Translations under genes and position numbers: made by a program
IMG/VR virus record: IMGVR_UViG_3300009431_000004
DNA: 64,000 nucleotides
DNA from: a virus
Reading direction: 5' to 3' (one strand)
Notes under the pieces: model-generated
Told to the model about the DNA's origin: nothing
The model's database searches: none
The model's input: the letters and a program-made list of their open reading frames with translations, nothing else
Part shown: positions 17,896 through 26,489 of the stretch, in pieces
Layout: each line of letters opens with the position of its first letter
How positions within the stretch are numbered: the stretch's first letter is position 1

Positions 17896-18705
17896 ATGAC
17901 CATCCCAATCAACGACCCTTCCAATGGTGCCAAGCTCACGGGACACGCCGACTGGCGGACGGCAGTCAACGCGCTGCTCGACTACTGGACGGCCAACCTG
18001 CGCTGCTTCTCGTCCGGCGAGGTCGCCGCGACGCTGAGGGAGCATCGCCCGGACCTGCGCTTTTCCGTCCTGTCGGTCGGGGAACACATCCGCGACCTGT
18101 TCTACGCGCAGACCCTCCCGCAGTACCCCGGCCCCGTGGACGCCGTGATGGTGCCTCGCGTGACCGAGGGCCTGTTCCCGAACCGGACCCCGGCGGGCAT
18201 CGAGGTCTTCGTGTACGGGCCGGAGCAGCAGGAATGCCTCGACCACGACTTCGAGGTCTTCATCCCGCACCCCGGCGAGTCCCAGACGGACGCCCCGCCC
18301 GTGTCGCAGGGCCAGACCGCCATGGCCAACGCCGACAAGACCGGCCAGACCTTGACCGCCGTGGCCATCCTCGGCGCGAAGGTCGCCAGCCTCGACATCC
18401 GGGCCAAGGTCCACACGGACCTGCGCCTGTGCGTCCCGCGCTCCGCCTTCGAGCTGGCCGTCCACCTTGGCGGCACGCCGATGAGCGGCGGCGACCCCGT
18501 GTGGGTCAAGCAGGACGGCGACAACATGGTCATCGTGACCACGGACCCCAACGACCCGTCCTACGAGAGCTACAGCCTCGTGTCGAGTCGTGGCCGGGTC
18601 ATCTTCCCGTCCCCCGATGCCACCGCCCCCTTCGCCGCCGGAGACGCCTACAGCGTGTCCGTGAAGCCGGGTGAGCTGCGGGTGGACATCTCGCAACCCG
18701 TCTGA
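17896..18705 (+). CDS. hypothetical protein
   Basis: GAGGAG RBS; strong GC3 bias. Confidence 0.75.
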   Translation: MTIPINDPSNGAKLTGHADWRTAVNALLDYWTANLRCFSSGEVAATLREHRPDLRFSVLSVGEHIRDLFYAQTLPQYPGPVDAVMVPRVTEGLFPNRTPAGIEVFVYGPEQQECLDHDFEVFIPHPGESQTDAPPVSQGQTAMANADKTGQTLTAVAILGAKVASLDIRAKVHTDLRLCVPRSAFELAVHLGGTPMSGGDPVWVKQDGDNMVIVTTDPNDPSYESYSLVSSRGRVIFPSPDATAPFAAGDAYSVSVKPGELRVDISQPV

Positions 18706-18716
18706 GGAGGAACCCC

Positions 18717-19085
18717 ATGCGCCCGAGAATCCTGCCCCTGCTGGCCCTTGCGGCCATCCTCGGGACTGCCTGTGCTGACGATAGTGAAGCCAGCAGCTAC
18801 CTCGGGGATTACATCCAGAAATTCTACCCCGGTGCCGAGGTCATCGCGTCGGAGTGCCAGAACAAGGACTCCGACGGTGATGGCTACGTCTCCTGCACCG
18901 TCCGGCTCAAGGAGCCTTTGGACCCGCAGCCCGAGCCTGCCCACGGGGAGGTCGTAACGAAACGGCGTGCCGTCGTGTATGGCGACGCCAAAGTCGTCGG
19001 GGTCGAATGTGCGGCATCGTGGCCGTGGCAAGTCTGGCGCTGGTTCCAGACCGGATGCAGGACGCCCAAGATTCACGGGGGCTGA
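18717..19085 (+). CDS. putative lipoprotein
   Basis: Signal peptide ending LGTAC; GGAGG RBS. Confidence 0.6.
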   Translation: MRPRILPLLALAAILGTACADDSEASSYLGDYIQKFYPGAEVIASECQNKDSDGDGYVSCTVRLKEPLDPQPEPAHGEVVTKRRAVVYGDAKVVGVECAASWPWQVWRWFQTGCRTPKIHGG

Positions 19086-19089
19086 CCTT

Positions 19090-19485
19090 GTGGCCGCGCC
19101 GCCCGAACGCCTCACCACACTGAACATCAGGAACACCCTGTTACGCTTCTTCCCCGGCATTGAAGTCACAACCGGGGGCAGAATCGGGGGCTGGGTGGTC
19201 AAGGCCGAGGTCTGGCGCTTCCGCTTCCAAGTGTCCCTAACTACTGAGAAAATCGCTGCGACAGACAAGCCCGGAGTGGCCACCTTCTCGGCGGGCTATC
19301 TCGGACCCAACAACAAGGTCCTCTCCCTCGCGCAGGCCACGGCGGATTCTGTGGAGGAGCTGGCTGCCCTCATCAAGGGCCAGCATGAGGAACTGATGGG
19401 TGTCGTCGCGGCTATCGAGATGGCCTGCTCCCCGCCCGTGGTCCTGCCGCCGGTCAGCATCTTCGACGACCCCCCGGAACAATAG
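19090..19485 (+). CDS. hypothetical protein
   Basis: GTG start just after the upstream stop. Confidence 0.55.
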   Translation: MAAPPERLTTLNIRNTLLRFFPGIEVTTGGRIGGWVVKAEVWRFRFQVSLTTEKIAATDKPGVATFSAGYLGPNNKVLSLAQATADSVEELAALIKGQHEELMGVVAAIEMACSPPVVLPPVSIFDDPPEQ

Positions 19486-19531
19486 AGCTTCTACCTAGCC
19501 CCGTCCTCTCCGTGATTCGAGTAATGGGGGC

Positions 19532-19921
19532 ATGAGGGAGCATCATCTCACCTGCCCGGACTGCGGCGCACCCATGGAGCTGGCCCCCAGTCGCTTCGGC
19601 GCGAAGAACCGGCCCTACTACCGCTGCTCCCACTGGCCCGAGTGCAAAGGGGCGCACGGGGCCAATCTTGACGGTTCGCCTCTTGGCGTCCCTGCATCCA
19701 GACCGACCAAGGTTCTGCGAATCACGGCGCACTCCATCTTCGACCAGCTCTGGAAGGGGGAGGGTGCCCCAATGACCCGGAGCCAAGCCTACGCATGGAT
19801 GCAGAGGGTTTTGAAGATGACCCCGGACGAAGCCCATATCGGCAAGTTCGACGGCCCGACCTGCGCCCGGCTTATCCGGGCCGTCTGGGCCGCTACAGGA
19901 GGAACCGATGCCAAGCAATAA
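19532..19921 (+). CDS. zinc-ribbon protein (topoisomerase C4 / DUF3268-like)
   Basis: CPDCG...YYRCSHWPECKGAHGA...PLG; AHSIFDQLW; AHIGKFD. Confidence 0.7.
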   Translation: MREHHLTCPDCGAPMELAPSRFGAKNRPYYRCSHWPECKGAHGANLDGSPLGVPASRPTKVLRITAHSIFDQLWKGEGAPMTRSQAYAWMQRVLKMTPDEAHIGKFDGPTCARLIRAVWAATGGTDAKQ

Positions 19922-20123
19922 GAGCAGAGAGCCGGTTGAAGTCGATGTCGAAGTCATCCGCCGCAGCGACGCAGCTCTGCTGGTGAACGACGGAAACGTC
20001 GAGGTGTGGATTCCGTTCAGCCTCATCCTCGAAGACTCGGAGATAGACAGGACTTCGGATGTCGGGGACGACGGGGTACTCATCATCCCGGAGTGGGAAG
20101 CCTACGAGTCGAATCTCATTTGA
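19908..20123 (+). CDS. small phage protein
   Basis: AALLV...VWIPFSLI...IPEW pattern common in phages. Confidence 0.6.
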   Translation: MPSNKSREPVEVDVEVIRRSDAALLVNDGNVEVWIPFSLILEDSEIDRTSDVGDDGVLIIPEWEAYESNLI

Positions 20124-20162
20124 TGGGGTATAGTTGGGACGAGATTTGGTGCCTGCAAAGGG

Positions 20163-21719
20163 GTGGACATGGACGCCGTTCAAGAGTTCTGGAAACCAAA
20201 AGATGGCCCCGAAACCGTCTTCTTGGAGTGGGTGCTGACCGAGAGATACAACTACCGTTGTCGTTACTGCGAACAGGACCATAGGGCCAAAGGGGCTTTC
20301 CAATACCATCCTGCTGCCGTCTGGAAACAGGAGTTCGACCGCCACTTCAAAGAGAAGGGGCGCAATTTATCCCTCGCCATCACCGGAGGCGAGGCGCTGG
20401 TCCACCCTGAAATATGGGAATTCCTTGAGGCCCTCTCCGTAGAGGACTACGCCGTAAACATCTCACTGGACACCAACCTGTCTCCGATGGCTTGCAGAAG
20501 CCTCACCACCCCCCGCCGTATCAACTTGGGCCGCTTCTGGCTCTCGGCAGGTTTCCACCCGGACACCACCACCTTTGAAGACTTCATTGGCCGCCTTGTC
20601 CAAGTTCAGGAAGCGGGCCACCGATTTTTCTACATCAATTACGTCATCACAGACGCTTCCATCGACGCCTACGAGGACCGAAGGGACCAGCTCAAGGAAC
20701 TGGGGGTCATCCTGCACCCCAATCCCTTCTTCCCGGCCCCTCGCAAACCGAACCCACGGCACCAGACGTTGATAAAGAGGCACCTGAACGCTGTTGATTT
20801 CCCCTACAAGATGAGTACCACCTCCCCCAAGGGGAAGCTGTGCCTGTCCCCCGCCGTGGCCTATGTGATGTTGGCCACTGGGAAACTGTACGTTAGCTGC
20901 GCCTCTTTCAAGCAGCTTTCGGGTGACTTTTTCGACGAAGAACTGCCTACGCGCTTCGAGGGCTACACCCCTTGTTCGCACGCCACATGCGGCACCATCT
21001 ACCGTTACAGTTTTCTGAAGGAGCTAGGGGTCAATGTGTCGGCCAATCCGCGCCTGCACTACGTTAGCCGGATATGGGACAGATGGTCGGAACTCGAAGA
21101 ACAAGAAACAACCAACCAAGAAGATAGAGGGAAGCAGGACATGGAATACGACCCCGACGCTTGGGAGCGAATTGCATCCTCGTTCGACAATGGTTTCGCC
21201 CAATACGGGTGGCTGCCCCATCGGCAGAATGCCCTTGACTGGGCTGTTGGGAAGGCACAAGACTCCATCCTCGACATCGGTTGCTGTCGAGGAGCCTTCG
21301 GGCAGGCCATCAAAGAAAGGTTCACCGGGCGCGTGGCGGGCGTGGACATCACTCCGACCTTCGTCGAAGACACCTGTAGCAAAGGCTTGGAAGCCTATGT
21401 CGCGGATGCACGGGAGTTGCCCTTCGAGGACGGGGAGTTCCAGACGGTCCTGCTGCTCAACGTCATCATGCACCTCGATGACCCTCAGAGGGCAGTGCAT
21501 GAGGCCGCCAGAGTGGCTGGGAAGTTTCTCATCCTCTCCTGCTACGGGACCGATGAAGGCGAGCCTGTCGCAGCCCATCGGCACTCGTTCCTGAGCTGGG
21601 CCTACCCGGATGCCCATCTGCGGGGTTTCGTTCCCAAAGGTTGGGTGTGCAAGGACACCGCTCGCTTCGATTTGCCCATCGGAAAGACCGTCTTTCAATA
21701 TCTCTGGGAAAGGGAGTGA
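20163..21719 (+). CDS. Radical-SAM-like domain fused to a class I SAM methyltransferase
   Basis: YNYRCRYC (first Cys absent), ITGGEA, DTNL; C-terminal ILDIGC, GVDIT, ADARELPF..F; possible internal start at 21141. Confidence 0.75.
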   Translation: MDMDAVQEFWKPKDGPETVFLEWVLTERYNYRCRYCEQDHRAKGAFQYHPAAVWKQEFDRHFKEKGRNLSLAITGGEALVHPEIWEFLEALSVEDYAVNISLDTNLSPMACRSLTTPRRINLGRFWLSAGFHPDTTTFEDFIGRLVQVQEAGHRFFYINYVITDASIDAYEDRRDQLKELGVILHPNPFFPAPRKPNPRHQTLIKRHLNAVDFPYKMSTTSPKGKLCLSPAVAYVMLATGKLYVSCASFKQLSGDFFDEELPTRFEGYTPCSHATCGTIYRYSFLKELGVNVSANPRLHYVSRIWDRWSELEEQETTNQEDRGKQDMEYDPDAWERIASSFDNGFAQYGWLPHRQNALDWAVGKAQDSILDIGCCRGAFGQAIKERFTGRVAGVDITPTFVEDTCSKGLEAYVADARELPFEDGEFQTVLLLNVIMHLDDPQRAVHEAARVAGKFLILSCYGTDEGEPVAAHRHSFLSWAYPDAHLRGFVPKGWVCKDTARFDLPIGKTVFQYLWERE

Positions 21720-21720
21720 G

Positions 21721-22341
21721 ATGGCGACAGTCGATGTCCTGATACCAGTCTACAATACGCCTCCCCAGTATTTCGATGAGTGCATTCAGAGCATCCTCGT
21801 CCAGACACTCCAAGATTTCCGTATCGTCATTTATGACGATGGGTCCGACATTCCAGCCAAGGTGCCTGACGACCCCCGCATTGTTCTTGTACGGAACGCC
21901 ACAAACAATGGTGTGGCGTATGCACGCAACCGGCTTTTTGACCTCGTAAAATCCCCTTACGCCTGTTTTCAGGATGCAGACGATATTTCCCTTCCCACAC
22001 GGTTGGAAGTCCAGCTCGCTTCCTTGGCCCAAGTAGACATGACAAGATGCTTCTATGCCCTAATCTCGGCCAACGGGGAGCGTCTCCCAGCGGAACGGAA
22101 GCACCCAGCATTTGCGTCCTCATTTTTTGTAAAAGACATCACGCGGTTCAGATTCGTGCAACACCCGAAGACTCTAGGTGAGGCTCGGTTGTGGTTTCGG
22201 CAACTGGACCGGGCCGGAATCAGGAGAACTGTCGTCCGTCAAACACTGTACTTGTATCGTATGCACGAAGGAAATGAGTCATGGAGGAAATTGTCCGAAC
22301 ACCCATCAGTCCGGGCGGGCAAGTCCGAACTTACTGGATGA
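21721..22341 (+). CDS. Glycosyltransferase family 2
   Basis: VLIPVYN, YDDGS, NNGVAYARN, FQDADD. Confidence 0.88.
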   Translation: MATVDVLIPVYNTPPQYFDECIQSILVQTLQDFRIVIYDDGSDIPAKVPDDPRIVLVRNATNNGVAYARNRLFDLVKSPYACFQDADDISLPTRLEVQLASLAQVDMTRCFYALISANGERLPAERKHPAFASSFFVKDITRFRFVQHPKTLGEARLWFRQLDRAGIRRTVVRQTLYLYRMHEGNESWRKLSEHPSVRAGKSELTG

Positions 22342-23057
22342 AGCGGGACGGGAACTTCGGGGACCTCTTAACCCCACTCGTCCTGCGCCATCTTGGATAC
22401 ACGGCCTCCTATGTCCCTTGGAAAACTCCCGGAAAACTCATGGCGGTGGGAACGCTCCTTCCCCTGCTTCAGCCGGGGGACGTGGTGTGGGGGACCGGGG
22501 GCTACCTGCGTCCGGGTGTCCGGTGCATCCATCAACCGGGCGTGACCTATTTGGCCGTCCGAGGACCATTAACTCGCAGCATCATCGACGGAGACGTGCC
22601 GGAAATCTATGGCGACCCCGGTCTGTTGCTGCCTCAGTTCATTCCCCCGGCCTCGGAGAAAAAGTATGACGTGGGGGTCATCCCACACATGGTCGAGAAG
22701 AAGGATGTGTCCCCCATCAACGACCCAGCGGTCCTCTGGATAGACATCCAGAGCGGCGTCAGACGGGTAGTGGAGCAAATCACCCAGTGCAGGACCATCA
22801 TCGCCTCTTGCCTCCACGGCATTGTGGCCGCCGAGGCTTATGGCATCCCGGCGGCGTGGGTCCGCATGTCGGACCGCATCCGGGCAGGGAGCTTTAAGTA
22901 CAACGACTATTATCTGTCCACAGGGAGGGACACGAGAGAGCCTGTTATCTGGAATGGGAGGCCCGGCCCGGCACTAAAGGCCGTAGCGCCCCCTATCGAG
23001 TTCAATCCGCTCCCCCTCATCCGGGCATTACAGGGGTGGGCAGGCAATCCCCAATAG
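22281..23057 (+). CDS. Polysaccharide pyruvyl transferase family
   Basis: NFGD, VWGTG, AVRGPLT, GDPG, IPH, LHG..AEAYGIP, FKYNDY. Confidence 0.88.
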   Translation: MEEIVRTPISPGGQVRTYWMKRDGNFGDLLTPLVLRHLGYTASYVPWKTPGKLMAVGTLLPLLQPGDVVWGTGGYLRPGVRCIHQPGVTYLAVRGPLTRSIIDGDVPEIYGDPGLLLPQFIPPASEKKYDVGVIPHMVEKKDVSPINDPAVLWIDIQSGVRRVVEQITQCRTIIASCLHGIVAAEAYGIPAAWVRMSDRIRAGSFKYNDYYLSTGRDTREPVIWNGRPGPALKAVAPPIEFNPLPLIRALQGWAGNPQ

Positions 23058-23127
23058 TAACCAAGGCTTTGGCTAAAGATTCTGTATTCGTTTCGGGAGG
23101 TATATTCCCTGAGATGGGCGCAATACA

Positions 23128-24576
23128 TCAATCAATATCCACTGGTTGAATCTCCTCTGCCTTCTGGATACCGAGGCGGTTGAAGGGGCAGGCTTGGACC
23201 AGCGCATCCAAGTCGATGACAGGGGGCGACAGGTATGGGATTTCAGGCAGGCGAGTATCGGTCCCCTGCATGTCCACGCCCGAATCCAAGGGGCGGCCTG
23301 TCGAAGCGAGGTAGTCCCTGAATTTGAACCCGGCACCCTTGACCCGTTTACCTGAGTCCACCCGGAGCCACGCCGTGGGAATCCCGTAGGAATCCGCCAA
23401 CACCAATCCGTGGAGGCTGGAAGACAGGATTGACTCACAAGCCACGGCCTCGCGTGTGACTTCGAGGACACCTGAGTCGATGTTAATGACCTTGATGGCC
23501 GGGTCGGCTTCCAGATGTTTTACTGCGGCGTAATCCGTGTAATGGGGAAGGATACCCAGTCGGTGAGTTTTTTCCTCCGGGGATGTGATGCCGGTGATTT
23601 GGGGGACAAGCAGGCCGGGGTCGCCGTACACCTCTGGCACCTCGGAGGGTGGCACCCCGGCGTCCAGAAGGCTCTGTCGAGTCAAGGGACCTCGAACTGC
23701 TGCGAACTTCACCCCTCCGGGGATTTTCGGAGGGGTGTGACTGATAAGTCCGGTCCCCCAAACCACGGAATTACGGGTGACACGCTGAAGGACACTCCCG
23801 ACCACAAAGTTTGTGGCCTGCTTGGTCCAAATGGGCCAGACACCGGACAAGGCCCGGACGATAGGCGCGGTCAAGAGGTCCCCGAAATTGGTGCCGTCTC
23901 GTGTTCCCGGAATCCCAAACCAGTAGGCTTTCGGGTACAGTTCATGGCCCATTTCCATCTGTTTTCTGAGGTGAAGTGTGCGGCCCGGCCCACGGCGAAT
24001 GAGATACAGGACCTCGGGAAGCACAGAGACTTTGGCTCCGGCACGGAGAAGCATCCGCAGCCAATGAGAGTCTTCCCCTCTAATACGTAGACCATCATGG
24101 TGTTTGAAACGCTTACCCAGCGCCGTGCGGAAGCAGATGCTTGCCATGTTCACGTTGCCTTTGTACCCCTCTCCGCCAAGGATGGAGAGGTCTACTTCAC
24201 AGATGATGTTAATCCCCTTTCGGAAGGCTCTGGCATGGGTTGTGACTATATCAGCGCCCGTCTCTGCCATGTGTTGGAGCAGACGTTCCAGACGATTCCC
24301 AGCGCATAGGTCATCGGAGTCCAACCAGCAAGCGTATTCCGAACCGGCAGCCTCGACGAGTTTTCTGCGGGCATGTCCTATACCCCGATTCTCCTTTCCT
24401 TTGATGTAGGTGATGCGGGCATCACCCGGAAGGCTGCCCTCCGTCCCGTCAGCCGAGCCGTCGTCGTAGACGATGATGTGAAAGTCCTGCTCCGTCTGTT
24501 CAAGAACGCTCTGAATAGCGGCCCCGAGGAGTTTTCGTCGGTTGTAGGTGGGAATTAGAACATCAATCTTGGGCAT
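23128..24576 (-). CDS. GT2 + polysaccharide pyruvyl transferase fusion
   Basis: LIPTYNR, YDDGS, WLDSDD; then NFGD, AVRGPLT, GDPG, SSSLHG, FKFRDY. Confidence 0.88.
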   Translation of the reverse strand: MPKIDVLIPTYNRRKLLGAAIQSVLEQTEQDFHIIVYDDGSADGTEGSLPGDARITYIKGKENRGIGHARRKLVEAAGSEYACWLDSDDLCAGNRLERLLQHMAETGADIVTTHARAFRKGINIICEVDLSILGGEGYKGNVNMASICFRTALGKRFKHHDGLRIRGEDSHWLRMLLRAGAKVSVLPEVLYLIRRGPGRTLHLRKQMEMGHELYPKAYWFGIPGTRDGTNFGDLLTAPIVRALSGVWPIWTKQATNFVVGSVLQRVTRNSVVWGTGLISHTPPKIPGGVKFAAVRGPLTRQSLLDAGVPPSEVPEVYGDPGLLVPQITGITSPEEKTHRLGILPHYTDYAAVKHLEADPAIKVINIDSGVLEVTREAVACESILSSSLHGLVLADSYGIPTAWLRVDSGKRVKGAGFKFRDYLASTGRPLDSGVDMQGTDTRLPEIPYLSPPVIDLDALVQACPFNRLGIQKAEEIQPVDID

Positions 24577-24577
24577 C

Positions 24578-25495
24578 TCACTTCCTATCAATCACTTCGA
24601 TGGGCGCAGGTCGAATGATGAGGGTATCTTCGTTGGCAAGTCGGTCCCGTAGGCGGATAGGTGCGAACACCTCAAGCACCGCCTTGTTCCGTGAGAAGCC
24701 TATATGGATGGGTGTGCTGATTCCATCGAGAATCGCCGGGACATAGTAATCATCAGACCGCTCGGACTCAACGGTCACGCCTGAATGCTGTCGGAACCAA
24801 CCCCGATTCTCTGCGCCTACCATCACGTTTAGAGTACCCGGAAACGGCGTGTAACCAAACGCACTGAAATCCCCCTTGGCTACAAGGGGGGCTGCCCGTC
24901 CGGTGCCGTTCTTCACTATCCCTTGTACCGCGCACTTCACCTGTACCAACGGACGCGGAGGTCCGTTTGGACCTTGGGTTTCACCAATGACCACAGCATC
25001 GGGGTCAACAAGGATGTGACGACAGGAAGGTGCCGTGTTAAGGGCTGCATTCCTGATGACCTTACCGACTACTTCCGTTTCCTCCGGGACAGCTAATTCA
25101 ACGACCAACTCCCGACATTGGGCTTTCAGTCCCTCATAGACGGCCTGCCAGTCATCCATGTGGTGAAACACCGACAAGATGAGAATGGCGTCATGATACC
25201 CAATCTTACTTACGGTGTCGGCGTCCACCGTCACCCGTAAGTGCGTGATGGATGTTCCCGAGAGGTCTGCCGTTCTCTTTTCCACGAGAGTCCCGTATCC
25301 CTTGAAATCCTCGGTCAGCCGCCGAACGAAGTAGCCATCCCACCCTCCGATGTCAGCCACGGACCACGGCCCCTCCCCCAGAGATTTTTGCAATGACGGT
25401 TGGATGATGTCGTATCTCGTGGCGCACGGGCGACGACCCTTTCTTTGTAGCTGCCCGTTCCGCCACACATCTTGGTAGGGTCGTTTACGTTTCAT
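24578..25495 (-). CDS. SAM methyltransferase fused to a CTP-dependent riboflavin-kinase-like domain
   Basis: VADIGGWDGYF, LSVFHH; C-terminal GIVKNGTGRA...GYTPFPGTLNV...LEVFAPIRLRDRL. Confidence 0.72.
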   Translation of the reverse strand: MKRKRPYQDVWRNGQLQRKGRRPCATRYDIIQPSLQKSLGEGPWSVADIGGWDGYFVRRLTEDFKGYGTLVEKRTADLSGTSITHLRVTVDADTVSKIGYHDAILILSVFHHMDDWQAVYEGLKAQCRELVVELAVPEETEVVGKVIRNAALNTAPSCRHILVDPDAVVIGETQGPNGPPRPLVQVKCAVQGIVKNGTGRAAPLVAKGDFSAFGYTPFPGTLNVMVGAENRGWFRQHSGVTVESERSDDYYVPAILDGISTPIHIGFSRNKAVLEVFAPIRLRDRLANEDTLIIRPAPIEVIDRK

Positions 25496-26489
25496 TGGTT
25501 CTCCTGCGGGTCTTGTGGACGACTCGTCGCAAAGCGAGGTCCATACCAACCTTAAAGTGCTGAAGGGAATGGAAATTATGCCGACCGGCTTCCGAATATG
25601 CTGTCCATGCTTCCTCATCGGACAGAAGGAACTCCATAATGTCAATGAGGTCTTTTTCATCCCGGAACATGATTCCAGACTGGCCTATGGTTTCCGTGAG
25701 TGACTGGGGCATGTGCCGGTACAGGACCGGAGTCCCTACCGATTGTGCCTCAATAGGCACCATTGCATAAGTCTCCCCGACCACCAAGGAGATGAACAGT
25801 TTGCGCCGGGACAACCAAGCTGGGAGGTTCTCCTGATATGGCACCACCTGTGTCCCCGGAAAGATTGATTTCGGTGTGTAATGTTGCTTGAAGAACAACA
25901 ATGGCTCATCCGGGAATCGCTCATGAACTTTTGCAATAACCAGTTCCGGGTCAATCCCCGTAAAAAGGTCGGCCCTGACTGCTTTCTTGAAGTCCCCAAA
26001 TGTGATGCCTTCCCGGTCGGCAAAAGGCATCTTTGCTGCGGGGGCGCGGAAAGTCTTGGGCAGCATGACCATTTGGTCGGAAAAAAGCCTCAGTCCGGCA
26101 TCATAGGTAGCTGAGTATGTCCACACCCCGAAGAATACGAAGGGGCTACAACCCCATTTTTTCCACCACCTTATAAGGTGCTGTCTTCTTTTGTCCGTGG
26201 GGGTGAAACTTGCGACGACCACAATCGGGATGCTTCGGGCGATGCACTGTCCGACCATTTCATCCAAGTGGGGGCTTGTCCCGTAGAACCATACGATGTC
26301 TACTTCGGGTATCTGTTCCAAAGGATTCAAGATTCGATGGGGGTGTACTTCCCATCCTCGGTCTTCCAAGCACCTTTGAATTATCACACCGGACCTGAAA
26401 ATTCCTCCTCCACGTTTGCTGACTGCTACTCCCATCTCCCGGATTAGAAGAATTCTCATCGCGGGGAGTGCCGCTGCACAACTATCCAT
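25485..26489 (-). CDS. Glycosyltransferase family 4-like (GT-B)
   Basis: ETYAMVPIEAQSVGTPVL (EX7E) motif. Confidence 0.78.
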   Translation of the reverse strand: MDSCAAALPAMRILLIREMGVAVSKRGGGIFRSGVIIQRCLEDRGWEVHPHRILNPLEQIPEVDIVWFYGTSPHLDEMVGQCIARSIPIVVVASFTPTDKRRQHLIRWWKKWGCSPFVFFGVWTYSATYDAGLRLFSDQMVMLPKTFRAPAAKMPFADREGITFGDFKKAVRADLFTGIDPELVIAKVHERFPDEPLLFFKQHYTPKSIFPGTQVVPYQENLPAWLSRRKLFISLVVGETYAMVPIEAQSVGTPVLYRHMPQSLTETIGQSGIMFRDEKDLIDIMEFLLSDEEAWTAYSEAGRHNFHSLQHFKVGMDLALRRVVHKTRRRTNET

